DNA of 62,000 nucleotides from NCBI RefSeq assembly GCF_004010195.1, contig NC_057751.1:7902137-7964136 (forward strand), read 5' to 3'. The position numbers and the translations under genes are program-made. The notes beneath the pieces are model-generated. The model ran no database searches. It was not told the origin of the DNA and saw only the letters and a list, made by a program, of their open reading frames with translations. Source of the stretch: Chiloscyllium plagiosum (lineage: Eukaryota). This document shows positions 12,905-24,789 of the stretch, in pieces; position 1 is the first letter of the stretch; the number at the start of each line of letters is the position of its first letter.

Positions 12905-13312
12905 TGACAGGGACATCACAGGGTTAGTTTCAGAGCATAGCTCCCTCTACGTTGTCCCCATGAAACACTCCCAGGACGGAGACAACACGGGGTTAGATGC
13001 AGGGTAAAGCTTCCTCCAATCTTTTCAACTGAAATCAAACTGGATGTGAAGCGTCCTCGACACTGTGCCCATCAAACACTCCAAGGACAAGAACAGCGTG
13101 GGCTAGACACAAAGCCAAGTTCCTCCTCCTCTCTTGACCTGAAAACAAAGCTTCCTCTTCACTGTCCCCATCAAACACCACCAGGACAGGGACAGCATGG
13201 GGTGAGGAAACCTCCATCCACACTGTCCCCATCAAAACTCCCAAGACTGGTGTAGCACAGGTTTCGATTCGAAGGAAAGCTCCCACTGCATTTTACAACT
13301 GAACACTCCCAC
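12905..13312 (+). repeat. Degenerate ~60-70 bp tandem repeat array
   Basis: About 5-6 units of cactgtccccatcaaacactcccaggacagggacagcacggggttagatacagagtaaagctccctcta; reverse relic at about 2675-2900. Confidence 0.75.
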
Positions 13313-14289
13313 CACTGAGTGGGATTTAGACTCCGCCCACACTGCCTCCCTCAGGCATTCCTGTTTCAATACAGATTGAAGTTTCCTTATTCTTTTGGGA
13401 CCTGGGACTGCTTCATTTGACAGCAACTGGTTCAAGTTAAGATTGAAATTCCTGGTTTTTGAGCTAACCCAGCGAAGAAGCAACAATCTTTTCCAAAGCC
13501 ATCGCAGGAAACAAGTGGGGACATCCCCAGACACCTTGAGACCAGCCACACCCTCAGAAGGGAATGCCTATTACAACAACAACAACCCACAATCAGGCTG
13601 CACCAACATTGCGATCACATGTCCCAGGGATGCAAATCACAGGTGGATTGTGGGATGGAATTTAAACTGAGTCACAGGAAGGCAGGTGGCCAAAAGCTGG
13701 TTGGAATAGACAGGTGTTGAAGCGCATCTTGGAAGATGAGAATGAGGAGGAGAGACTTCAGGAGGAGATTCCAGAGGTTGGGATGTAGGGTCCAATGGTA
13801 GAGTGGTGAAAATCAAAGATGGCACTCATGACCAGAAACATTAACAACTCTGCCAACTTGTGATCCAGGCCTGATTCCCCATTTAACATCATTACCCACC
13901 TGTCTTGGGGACTCAATGATCAAGTGAAATTGACTGTGCAAACCTATTTTGTGAAGGATGCTTGTAATCAGCACTCCATTTTTCCCCAAGTCAGTCTGGG
14001 CTCCATTTGAAGTTGCAGTATGACGACAGCCGCCTGACACACTTGCACCAATGGGCTCCTGATGGTCTCTGGTTTGGAAAAATTGCTCTGAAGCAAAATT
14101 GAAGATTTGATGCATTTCGGACATGCATTTACACTGGTGCAATTTTTTCTTAGCAGGGTTTGCCTCACGACTGATTAAAGAGGTTGTAAAAATGTCAAAA
14201 GACAGCAACATTAGGGACATGTAGTGTTGAAGGTTAAGACTCAAATAGCAGTGATCTCAGAGATCACACAGTGGAGAGACCTGAAGACT

Positions 14290-14625
14290 GGGGTGGCACA
14301 ATGGTTCACACTGCTCTCTCACACCACCAGGGACCCGGGTTCGATTCCACTCCCAGGCAACTGTGTGGAGTTTGCGCATTCTCCCCGTTACAGCGTGGGT
14401 TTCCTCTGGGTGCTCCAGTTCTCTCCCACAGTCTAAACATGTGCAAGTTAGGTGGATTGGCCATGCTAAATTGTCTGGAGTCTCCAGTGATGTGCAGGCT
14501 AGATGCTTTAGCCATGAGAAATGGAGGGTTACAGTGTAAGGGGGCAGGATGCTCTTTGGAGGGTCAGTGTGGACTCGATGGGCTGAATGGCCTGTTTCTA
14601 CACTGTAGGGACTCTATGGTTCTAA
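14290..14625 (+). mobile_element. HE1-type V-SINE
   Basis: Head and core motif. Confidence 0.9.
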
Positions 14626-14684
14626 CTCCATCAAACTCTCCACAGCAACGTAGACAGGGCATCTGACCTCTCCCGAAATAACTG

Positions 14685-14942
14685 GGTAGACAAGCAGGAG
14701 GCTGGAAGAACACAGCAAGCGATGCAGCATCAGGAGGTGGAGAAGTTAATGTTTCAGGTCTAACACTTCTTCAGGAGTCCTGATGCATTTGCACAAATGG
14801 GCTCCTGCTGGCCTCTGGTTTGCAAAATTTGCTCTGAAGAGCATTGACTTCTCTACCTCCTGATGCTTCCTGGCTTGCTGTGTTCTTGCAGCCTCCTGCT
14901 TGTCTACTCTGAATTCTAGCACTTGCAGTTTTTTTTTAAAAT
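14685..14942. mobile_element. Penelope-derived fold-back (inverted pLTR) element
   Basis: Inverted arms at about 14687-14751 and 14842-14907; degenerate HHR; imperfect 17-bp flanking direct repeat. Confidence 0.6.
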
Positions 14943-15552
14943 CTCTATCGAAATCACTGAGCTGGGTTCAAATCTGCATTGTGTCCATCTATAATTCCCC
15001 ATACCATAAAATCAAATAATGCAACCAGGATTTGACAAACGGAGATTGCAATAATGAAACAAATCATTGCACGGCCGAATTTGTGTGGGCACTTCTGCAG
15101 TGAAAGACGCAGCTCAACATTCCAACAGCAATTCAATGGTTTCTGTAGAAATTGTAACCTGTGTTCCAGCTGTTTTCACTTCACCAAGACAAGTACAGGT
15201 CCCATTCTCTACATGGGGGTGGGGGGGGCGGGCAGGAACTGAGGCAATGAGAAACAATTGGAAGCGCGTGTGTCGGCTGAGTCCAAACCTGTTCAGAGTC
15301 ATAGAGCATGGAAACTTTCCCTTCAGTCCAATCAATCCATGCCAACCATAATCCCAAATTAAACCAATCCTCTCTGCCTGCGCTTGGCCCACATCCCTTT
15401 AAACATTTCTTATTCATCCCCCAGTGTAATAAGGGTGACTATGAAAGAAGGAAAACTGAAGACCAAGTTTTGTGATCCTCAAAGTTCTCAATCAATTCAC
15501 AGAAAACTAACTTGCAAATCACTGCAATAACTAACAACAAGACCAGACTCAC

Positions 15553-15746
15553 CAAACAACGCACTAAAGCTCCTACGTGCACCATCTTCTCATGTATTGG
15601 AACAATTATCACATTAAGAAAATAATTAACATCACGAGTGACCCACATCTTTTCACCAAAGTAGATGAAGTGATGCATTCGCATATGAAACAGGATGCCA
15701 GAATACTGCGTATATTCCTTCCCTGCCAATATCTCAGATTCCCTTG
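15553..15746 (-). CDS. Putative internal exon (RESEILAGKEYTQYSGILFHMRMHHFIYFGEKMWVTRDVNYFLNVIIVPIHEKMVHVGALVRCL)
   Basis: ctctgtgtttcactgcttgcctgacag| acceptor, TTG|gtgagt donor, 194 nt; single open frame, phase 1->0; unique sequence. Confidence 0.65.
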
Positions 15747-16062
15747 CTGTCAGGCAAGCAGTGAAACACAGAGGTTCAGTGCTTCAAAAGGCCTATGATG
15801 TGCGTAAATCACCAGAAGTTATCTTGAATTTGGCTATTTGTTCAGAAATCTCACTGACAATCAAATAGTGAAACAATAATTAAAACCAAAATAAGACCCT
15901 TCAAATAAGCAAATTAAGTTTAACATCCTTACTTGGCTATTGCCTGATGACTGGTGAAATCTAGCCAGGATTCCAACCAACAGTGTCAATCTCTGGAAGA
16001 GTCGAGAGTGTATTGCTGGAAAAGCACAGCAGGTCAGGCAGCATCCGAGGAGCAGGAAAATC

Positions 16063-16090
16063 AACATTTCGGGCATAAACCCTTCATCAG
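16063..16090 (-). ncRNA. Minimal hammerhead motif, slightly mutated
   Basis: minus strand CTGATGA-A-GGGT-TTAT-GCCC-GAAA-TG-TT. Confidence 0.5.
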
Positions 16091-16112
16091 GCTTAGACCC
16101 AATTCCCGATTC

Positions 16113-16140
16113 CTGATGAAGGGCTTATGCCCGAAACGTC
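16113..16140 (+). ncRNA. Minimal type-I hammerhead ribozyme motif (Penelope pLTR type)
   Basis: CTGATGA-A-GGGC-TTAT-GCCC-GAAA-CG-TC. Confidence 0.7.
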
Positions 16141-16284
16141 AATTCTCCTGCTCCTCGGATGCTGCCTAACCTGCTGTGCTTTTCCAGCACTACACTCTCG
16201 ACTCTGATCTCCAGCATCTGCAGTCCTCACTGTCTCCCAATCTCTAGATTGATCCTTGTGCACTGTTGTTATAGACTAATTAAG

Positions 16285-16995
16285 TCAGAGTCATACAGCA
16301 CAGAAAAAGATTATTCAGTCCAACCAGTCCATGCTGACCATTATCCCAAATTAAACAAATCCCACCTGCCTGCGTTTGGCCCATATTACTCCAAACATTT
16401 CTTATTCATTTTCTTACCAGGTGTGTTTTAAATGCTCTAACTGTACCCGCATCCACCACTTCCTCTGGAAGTTCATTCCACACATGAACCACTGGCTAAA
16501 AAAATTGCCCCGTATGAATTTTTTCAGTCTTTCTATCCTCACTGTAAAAATATGCCCCCTCGTCATGAAATCCTCCACCCGAGGGACTCAACACCTGCCA
16601 TTCAAGTTGTCTATACCCCTCATAATTTTGTAAACTTTGATAAAGTCACCCCTAAACTCCTGATCACCAGGGAAACAAGTCCCAGCCTCTGCTGATTTAT
16701 GCACATTTCCTGGTAGCATTCTGATAAATCTCTTCTAAAGCCTCTCCAGCTTAATAATATCCTTCCCACAACAGGACAACCAGAATTGGACACAGCACTC
16801 CAGTAGATGCCTCACCAATGTCCTGTACAATCTCGACATGATGTCCCAACTCCTATACTCAAAGGTCTGAGCATTGAAGGCAAGCGTGCTGAACGCCTTC
16901 TTAACCACCCTGTCCACATGTCACACAAACTTCAAAGAATTATGTACCCAACCCCGTACGCCTCTCTGTTCTACAACAATGCTCAAGACCCTACT
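16285..16995 (-). mobile_element. CR1/HER1-like LINE 3' fragment
   Basis: RLYRTLVRHLLECCVQFWL; typical 3' tail. Confidence 0.9.
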
Positions 16996-17229
16996 TCTTA
17001 ACCAAGCTTCACAAATTCTCACAACAAAGTCCGAGTCGCTACATCATAAACAAGACTGAGGAAGATGGGCATGATATGCAGTCTCCAGCACAAAAAGGGG
17101 ACTGTTCTGTGCTGTGATTACGCCCTGCTTGAACCTCCAATATTTCATCTTAGCTGATGGGCAGAAACTCATATCCCAGTCCTGCGGGAAAGACGGAGAT
17201 GATGCCCAAGCATTTTGTCTTGTACTCAC

Positions 17230-17322
17230 GAGGACCAATGCAAGAATGCCAAAACCACAACAATTTCTTTCCTACAGTATAAGTTGTTGTGACAATCCAA
17301 AATTTGGCATTTTGCGTTAGTC
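17230..17322 (-). CDS. Putative internal exon (LTQNAKFWIVTTTYTVGKKLLWFWHSCIGP)
   Basis: catttcctcccgtcctcaccag| acceptor, CTC|gtgagt donor, 93 nt, phase 1->1; splices in frame to 15746. Confidence 0.6.
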
Positions 17323-17900
17323 CTGGTGAGGACGGGAGGAAATGCCCAAGCAACACGCCTCTGTTTTCAACAGTGTTCCAACTCTGTACCGCCAAGTGAC
17401 ATTGTATCCTCCTCCCTCAGTGCTCATGCCATAAAACCCACTGCTGTTGCTTTGTCTTCTTTGTGTTCAGAGGGCACAGTGAGGTGGAAAGGTGCAGCTG
17501 TAGCAACCAGGGACTCTCCTGGTCTGCACAGCCCTGGGTCACACACGGTGTTACAATCACTCATGGTGAACGCAGAGGTATGAAACCTGTACCACTCCAC
17601 TTGTTCTCAGGTTGCTGCACATCGCACGTGTTGGACTGGTTGGTGGGATAATCCTGCCAATTGGGAAACTGCCAAGACTGCTCCCACCAATCTGGAACAC
17701 AAGTGGAATTCATTCAGCTGTGAGGAGATGACCCAGCTGCAGCTTCGTGATGAAGCTGTTGGAAATTGGCCAGGTTCAGCTCATTTAGTCGCATTTCAGC
17801 TCTTTCCCAGCAAGGCAAGATGCTGGAGGACTTCACAGAAATGTACCCAAACCCCTCCCCTCCCCAGCACCCTCCAAACCTCCAACCCAATGCCAATCAT

Positions 17901-18207
17901 GGGCGGCATGGTGGCTCAGTGGTTCGCACTGCTGCCTCATAGTGCCAGAGATCCAGGTTTGATTCCCACCTCAGGCAACTGTGTGGAGTTTGCATGTTCT
18001 CCCCGTGTCTGCGTGGGTTTCCTCCCACAATCAAAAGATGTGCAGGTCAGGTGAATTAGCCATGCTAAATTGTCCATAGTGTTAGGTGCATTATTCAGAG
18101 GGAGATATAAGGTAGGGGAATGGGTCTGGGTGGGTTACTCTTCAGAGGGTCGGTGTGGACTTGTTGGGCCAAAGGGCCTGTTTCCACACTGTAGGGAATC
18201 TAATCTA
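17901..18207 (+). mobile_element. HE1-type V-SINE
   Basis: Head, core and tail. Confidence 0.9.
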
Positions 18208-18317
18208 AAAAAAAACCTTCCACAACCTGACCCAAAATCTCTGGGGTCAGCAGAGATGGACCATCATGTCCCTCATTGATTTTCACCTGCCCTGATCCTA
18301 TCTGGATGCATTGTGGC

Positions 18318-18512
18318 TCAGAACATGGAAAATTACAGCGCAGTACAGGCCCTTCAGCCCTCGATGTTGTGCCGACCTGTGAAATCAATCTGAAGCCCAG
18401 CTAACCTCCACTATTCCAGTTTCGTCTACATGTGTATCCAATGACCATTTAAATGCCCTTAAAGTTGGCACCCTGTTGCAGGCAGGGTGCTCCACACCCT
18501 TACTATTCTCTG
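18318..18512 (-). mobile_element. CR1 LINE 3' end fragment
   Basis: agaacatggaaaattacagc...ggcccttcagccc tail, same subfamily as 52810-53375. Confidence 0.7.
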
Positions 18513-18514
18513 AG

Positions 18515-19186
18515 TAACCTGGCATTGTCAGGCAACTGCTCTGCCCAGGACCATAGGAAACTACAGAGAGCTGTGAGCATCAGCCCATGCCAATCTTCCA
18601 TCTATGCTTCTCACTGTCTCAGAAAGGCAGCCAATATCATCAAACACCCCTCCCACCCTGGTCAAAATCACTTCCAACCTCTTCTGTTAGGCAGACGTGA
18701 GTTTGCGTTGGTCCTGGTGAGGACGGGAGGAAATGCCCAAGCAACACGCCTCTGTTTTCAACAGTGTTCCAATTCTGTACCGCCAAGTGACATTTGTATC
18801 CTCCTCCCTCAGTGCTCATGCCATAAAACCCACTGCTGTTGCTTTGTCTTCTTTGGGTTCATAGGGCAGTGAGGTGGAAAGGTGCAGCTGTAGCAACCAG
18901 GGACTCTCCTGGTCTGCACAGCCCTGGGTCACACACGGCTCAAACTCATGTATCGACAGGTTCTTCGAACAGCTTCTTCCCCACTGTTATTAGGCTTCTG
19001 AATGGTTCTCATAAATTTCAAATCTTATACTTATCTTGCTTTCAGTGCAGCTTCTCTGAAGCCATAAGATGATATTCCTCACTCTATGATCTTGGTATGA
19101 TGCGATCTACCTGTACTACCATGCAAAACAAAACATTTCACTGTACCTAGATACACAGGATAACAATAATTCAAATCAAATCAAAT
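18515..19186 (+). mobile_element. Rex1/Babar-like LINE 3' fragment containing a 237-bp insertion
   Basis: KAANIIKHPSHPG..FQPLLLGRR ... NSFFPTVIRLLN; (tcaaa)n tail. Confidence 0.75.
18702..18938 (+). repeat. Direct duplicate of 17311-17548
   Basis: 237 vs 238 bp, only a handful of differences. Confidence 0.95.
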
Positions 19187-21379
19187 TCTGAGCTTCACTG
19201 CTGGGATGCATGTCAGGGAGCACTATCCTCCATCGCTTAATAGACTTTTGGATGTTTATTCTCAGTGACTTGGTGTGCAAGGGGTAGAAGAAAGGATAAA
19301 ATCGGTACACAGTTCTGATGTTCGTTTGAAGATCTGGTGCAGGCACAATGGACTGAATGGTTCACTCTTGTGCCATAACATTTCCGTGACTATTCCTTGG
19401 CTAAATGTCCAGTGACCCAATCTCAGGAAGGCTCGCTGGGGGGACAAAAGAGAGGCTTGCCCCTCCGTAGCCCAGTTACATGATGCTAGGTTGTCCCAAA
19501 GAGCCTTACAGCCAAGTAAGAAGATTTGTGAGGCACAGTATCACTGTCACATGGAAAAAAAAATTGGCACCAAGTTTCCAAACAGCAAGCTCTGACAAAC
19601 AACAGCTCTGCTGTGACCAGGGTGTCTGCTTTCATGAAGGATGAAGGAGCCCATGCTGAGACACTTGCATCTTTTTCAGAATGTGCTACGGGACCCTCCA
19701 CACCCCTCGGCAGAACAGAAGGGGCCTTGGTTTAACACCTCATTCCAAGATTCCAAGTTCAAGTGCCCTGAGTGGTTCAACGTTCCCAGTCTCGATCATC
19801 GAGCCGGTTTCTGAACAATGACCACATGTGAAATAATCAACAGCTTAACCAAGTTCCACCTCCCTGAACCTGAACTCCTGGAACAAGCTGTGACAGCTCA
19901 CTGCGGTATTGATCTGCCGGTCTAAGCCTATGTAGCACTGTTTCACATGTGAAATTCAAGACTTTTCAGATCGAAGTCAGAGACTTTACTGAGTCATCCT
20001 GGATCATTCCTAAAACCTGACTCCTTTGTGGCCAATTTACATTCAGCTCGGCTTTCCTCCAATCTGAAAGATCTTTTTACATCTTTGCTGCAGCTCAAAT
20101 TACTCACAGAGACCAACTCAGTTATTTTCAGGTGCAGTCTGTGCCTTCATTATGCGATTTCATTAAAATTCCAGATTGTTAGCCAGTATCAACTGACTCA
20201 TACTCACATTCAACTCTCTTTCACATCGTCTCTTCCCAATTTCAGCTTGGTTCCTCTGTCAAGTGGCTTGCACTTTCACAGTGCAGAGCATCTTTGTGCA
20301 AGACACTTAATCACGTGCACCCTTACGCACAATGTGCGTACACTCACGCCCACCTTTTCTCCCCCAACATTCAAAGACAAAGATAGATGGATTTTTGAAC
20401 AGTAAAGGAATTATGGGTTATGGTGAGAGGGTGGGTAAGTGGAGCTGAGTCCACGAAAAGATCAACCATGATCTTATTGAAAGGCGGAGCAGGCTCGATG
20501 GGCCAGATGGCCTACTCCTGCTCCCAGTTCTGATGCAACCCAGAACCAATGTCAACTCTGCATGATCCATCTTGTTCGGGTGGGGGGAGGGGGGGGGGGG
20601 GGGGGAGGGGGGAATGCAACACGATAACTCTGGCGTTGGATCAAAGCTCGTAATCATTTCACACCAGAAGGTGACCCGAAGGGACACAGCTCAGAGGGTC
20701 TGTAGTAATTCACGTGTCGACGTCTGGGTGCATTCACAAATTTAAGGTGCTCTTCTGGTGGTTTAAAATGCGACATTTTCAGCCACGCTTTGCCCCAGGT
20801 TTACCTTTTGTTTTATAACGGGATGCTGCAATTAACGAAACTTCAAGTTGAGACCAAGTTTAAAGGAGAGACTCACAGTGATTAATTCCAAATCAGCAGT
20901 CACCCAGACTAGGGACACTCATTTACGGGAGTAAGTGACCAGAATGAGAATGAAGACCAGGCCTTCGGCTCATCACGCCTGTGCCAACACAAGAGCCCAA
21001 GAGATCCAATTCATAAATCCTGTCCGCTGCATCAAGACGAGGGGGGACTTTGACACGATGAACGGACTGGACTGGGAATATGGGGGGAGAATGTTTGCTT
21101 TCATTGCACAGAAAAGCTAAAACCAGGAGGCATTAAATGCAACACCTCAGGGTCATTTATTGTTATCGATACATTCAGTCATGGGGTGTGGATATAGTTG
21201 GCAAGGCCAGCAATTTGTGCCCATCCATAAATGCCCGAACTGAACTGAGTGACCCACTGGGCCGTGTCAAAATGCAGTTGAGAATCAACAACACTGCTGT
21301 GGGTCTGGAGTGACATGGAGATCAGACCAGGTGAGGACCGCAGACTTCCTTCCCTGAAGGGCATCGGCAAAGCAGATGA

Positions 21380-21790
21380 ACATAAGGACAATAGAAATAG
21401 GAGACGGAGTAGGCACCCGGCTCATCGTGCCTGCTCCGCCATTCAATAAGATCATAACTGATCTTTTCGTGGACTGAGCTCTATGTCCCCACCCGCTCCC
21501 CATGACCCTGAACCCCTTTGCTGCTTCACTGGGCAGTGAATTCCACAGATTCCTCCTCAACTCAGTCCTAAATCTGCCCCCTTGTCCTAGTTTCACCCAC
21601 CAGTGGAAACAAGCTCCCTGCTTCTACCTTGTCTATTCCCTTCATAATTTTATATCCTTCTGTAAGGTCCCTCCCATTCTTCTAAATTCCAATGAGTATC
21701 ACCCCAGTCTCTCCTCGTAAGACAACCCTCTCAATTCTAGACTCAACCAAGCGAACCTCCTCCAGTGCAAGTATATCCCTTCTCAAGTAA
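21380..21790 (-). mobile_element. CR1 LINE 3' fragment
   Basis: FRTELRRNLWNSLP; ggagtaggc...cctgctccgccattcaataagatcat tail. Confidence 0.8.
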
Positions 21791-22019
21791 GATGGGCTCT
21801 TAAAAATTCAGAATAATCTTCAATTCCATCAGCTGCCAACACCATGGGATTAGATCGCAGTATGTCTATGACAGCATTAACCAGATCTCCTGACATTTTC
21901 ATTACTCCGACGCCTGGCAGGGAAGGAGAAGGAGAAACTTCTCAACCAAGAGAGTGGCAAGGATCTGAAAGACAATGACCACAGGCTGCTGCGACTGAAA
22001 TTATAAAACAAAAACTAGG

Positions 22020-22125
22020 TTCCAACCAACCTGTTTGGAGGCGTTATTACGCACCTCTGGAACAGGTGGGACTTGAACCCAGGTCTCCCACCTCAGAGGT
22101 AGGGAAACAACCACAACACCACAAT
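22020..22125 (-). mobile_element. Short tRNA-headed SINE relic (family C; others near 22430, 26620, 29715)
   Basis: gggacttgaacccagg...tcagaggtaggga motif repeated at four loci. Confidence 0.55.
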
Positions 22126-22579
22126 AGAAGGGTGACATACTTTCAAAAGACAAGTATACGAGAGAACAGCAGACATTGAGAAAGATGGGCTGAAAGGCAG
22201 ATGTAAGTCAAGCGAAATGGAACAAGATGTTTCTGCAAAATAACAGCAGCAACGGCACAGATACGTGATGTTATTGTGTTTAATTCTCCTAATAGGATAC
22301 TAAGTACTGAGGAGTTGAAGGTAACAAGGCAAACAGCTGTTGGAAATTAATTAGTTAATTCCATTAAAACTGAAAGTCGCCAATGGACTGTTTGATCCCA
22401 ACGTAATTTAGTTCTTATTGTTTTTTCAGTTATTGCCTTGGGAGCATTGCAGAGGGGTCATGAGGTCCAGGTTCAAGTCCCCGCTTCCCCAGAGTAGTGT
22501 CATAACCTGCCCAATGAAAAGTAATTCGTGAAATGAATTTGCAGAGGCAGCATACAGACTCTTACAGGCTATTGGGCAG

Positions 22580-22840
22580 AGGAAGGAGGTCGTGGAATGG
22601 GTATGCAGGTATCACGTGGGGAGTCAGGGATTGATTTTGGAGGCTGCAGGGAGATTGGGAGGAGATTGGGGAACGGGAAGAGATTCGGCGTGATGGGGGA
22701 AGATGTTGGGCTTTGGGTAAGAGATTGGGTGGGGATGGGGAGAGATTGGAGGGATGGGGAGAGACTGAGTTGGGGAAGATGAGGTTAAGCATGTCTGGGG
22801 GTGGATAGGGGGGAGAGTTGGGGGGATGGAAAGGAGGAGG
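22580..22840 (+). repeat. G-rich low-complexity tract (ggagattggg-like units)
   Basis: Repeated gagattggg/ggggat. Confidence 0.6.
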
Positions 22841-23071
22841 CGATATAGTGGAGAATGCATGCCCTCATACAACTCTGTGTCCTCCTCTCCTGAAAACTGC
22901 ACAGGATGGTGGGTGCGGGAGGGATACGAGGAGAAGGGTGGTCAGGGAAAACGCATGTCAGACAAGCAAAAGTATTTGGAGAATATTTCACTCATGACTC
23001 CTGACTGCCCAAAGCCTGTCCACCATCCATAAGGTACAAGTCGGCAGTGTGATGGAATATTCCTCACTTGC

Positions 23072-23436
23072 AGGCATATTGACGTTTGGAGCATGAGCTC
23101 TTTGCCAAGAATGTAAGGGAGGAAGAGAAGTTCTTCAAGGGAGGCATTATTGGAAAAGGCTTCGCAGCAAGGTCATACTCAACAAGGAGAAAGTGAGGAC
23201 TGCAGATGCTGGAGATCAGAGTCGAAAAGTGTGATGCTGGAAAAGCACAGCCGGTCAGGCAGCATCCGAAGAACAGGATAATAAACGTTTCGAGCATAAG
23301 CTCTTCGTCAGCTCTTCATTGAGCTCAGGCTCTGAAAGTCGACCCTGCTGCTCCTTAGATGCTGCCTGGCCGGCTGTGCTTTTCCACCCTTTTCGACTCT
23401 GATGTCCAGCATCTGCAGGCCTCACCTTTTCCTCAG
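23072..23436. mobile_element. Penelope-derived element inserted into a LINE
   Basis: Inverted pLTR arms and HHR; TSD attcc(t/c)cacttgc at 23059-23071 and 23437-23449. Confidence 0.7.
23284..23311 (-). ncRNA. Minimal hammerhead motif
   Basis: minus strand CTGACGA-A-GAGC-TTAT-GCTC-GAAA-CG-TT; stem II compensatory relative to GGGC/GCCC. Confidence 0.65.
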
Positions 23437-24789
23437 ATTCCCCACTTGCCTGGATGGTCACAGCTCCAACAACACTCAAGAAGTGTTGTTGACACCATCC
23501 GGGACAAAGCAGCCCGCGGGATTGGCACCACATCCACAAACATCCACTCCCTCCACAGCCGACGCTCAGTAGCAGCAGTTGTGTACCACGTACAAGATAC
23601 GCTGCAGAAATTCACCAAGGCTCCTGAGACAGTACCTCCCAAAGACATGACCACTTACATCTAGGAGGGCAAGGGCAACAGATGTTTGGGAGCACCACCA
23701 CCTGCTAGATCACCTTCAAGCCATTCGCCATCCTGATTTGGAAAGGTATCGCCGATCCTTCAGTGCCGTTAGGTCAAAATCCTCCCTAGCAGCACTGTGT
23801 GGGTGTCCAAACATCACGAGGACTTGGAATTTCAAGAAGAACTATTCAACTTTTCAAGGGAAATTCAGAATGGTATCTAAATGTTGCCTGAGTTTGCAAG
23901 TGCCATGTCCCGTGACAGAATTGTTAAGCACTTTGCCGATGTGACTTTAGATAATGCTGCAACTTTGAGTGCTCCTTATCAGCGAGCTCCCTAGAGCTTT
24001 GTCTTTCAATCATTCAGAGCCTAATCTTACAGCAAGGCCCAAATCAGTAAACTGGTCCCACCTTGGTTCATTAAACCTGGATCAAATCCTCAGTCAATGT
24101 AACAAATAATTTGCATCTAAAAACAAACAAGGAGTATAATTAATTCTAATTACATTTGCGAGCACTCAGGCTCATGAACAGTAATTGTGGAGCATTTTCG
24201 TTTTTCACTAGATGAGTCACACCTGCTCCAAGTTTCGGTACGCTCAGCAGAGGGTCAACGCAACCACGCAACACAGGGGCACCGTTCATTATGTGAAATT
24301 CCACATCAATAAGAGAGGGGTCAACCACTACTGGGAGATGGTGCACACCATTGGAAATGGCTGATTGAGCGTGAAGCAATTTTTTTTTACTCTCTCAAGT
24401 GGAACAGCCAAGCGGATCAGCGACACAAGGTGGAAGATCCAAGCTATGAAAAGGTTTCTGCCTCTGTTGGCAAAGCTGGGTAAGGGTCCGACATACTATT
24501 TCTATTTCTCAAGGGGAAATGGGAAGATGCCATCTAGTCCTCAAATCACAGACTGGACAGTTAACGAAGGAGGCCACTCTGACAGTCCAGGTCATGCCAG
24601 CTACTTTGAAAATCAGCTTTTCCCTTAAGTCTGCTAGTGTTTCACTTTGGGAGGCGAACCCTATCCAGGACCTGGGCAAGAGCGGACTCAATGATAATGT
24701 TGAGAGGACTGGGAAGGGAGGAGATGGTCCGGCAGAGTCTGAGAGCGCGTGTGCAGGCGCTGAGCTAGAAATAGATATTGTTGAGAGGT

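Larger units (their letters stand above)
15998..16237. mobile_element. Penelope-derived fold-back element with two opposed HHR motifs
   Basis: 94-bp inverted arms 15998-16091 and 16112-16205; TSD caatctct(g/a)ga at 15987-15997 and 16238-16248. Confidence 0.75.
22988..23920 (+). mobile_element. CR1/L2-group LINE 3' fragment interrupted by a Penelope element
   Basis: VMEYS/PLAWM...DTIRDKAARGIGTTSTNIHSLHSRRSVAA; related copy at 11285-11580. Confidence 0.7.

Noticed and set aside
12905..13312. CRISPR-like array
   Set aside because: Eukaryotic context; degenerate contiguous units with no unique spacers or cas genes
15553..15746. Assigning CATSPERB or another CatSper auxiliary subunit
   Set aside because: Only a ~23-aa remembered resemblance; neighbouring exons and the nearby stop do not fit
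19262..19436. Strong minus-strand acceptor followed by an open frame
   Set aside because: Runs into a CR1 3' tail relic; no good donor
20581..20612. Poly-G tracts (also 27009-27029) as functional G-quadruplexes
   Set aside because: Simple homopolymers, error-prone in assembly; no further support
21785..21913. Minus-strand exon candidate (VGVMKMSGDLVNAVIDILRSNPM...)
   Set aside because: Built from a degenerate SINE head and a CR1 fragment; no donor site
24031..24116. AG/GT-bounded segment with strong splice signals
   Set aside because: Stop codons in all three frames
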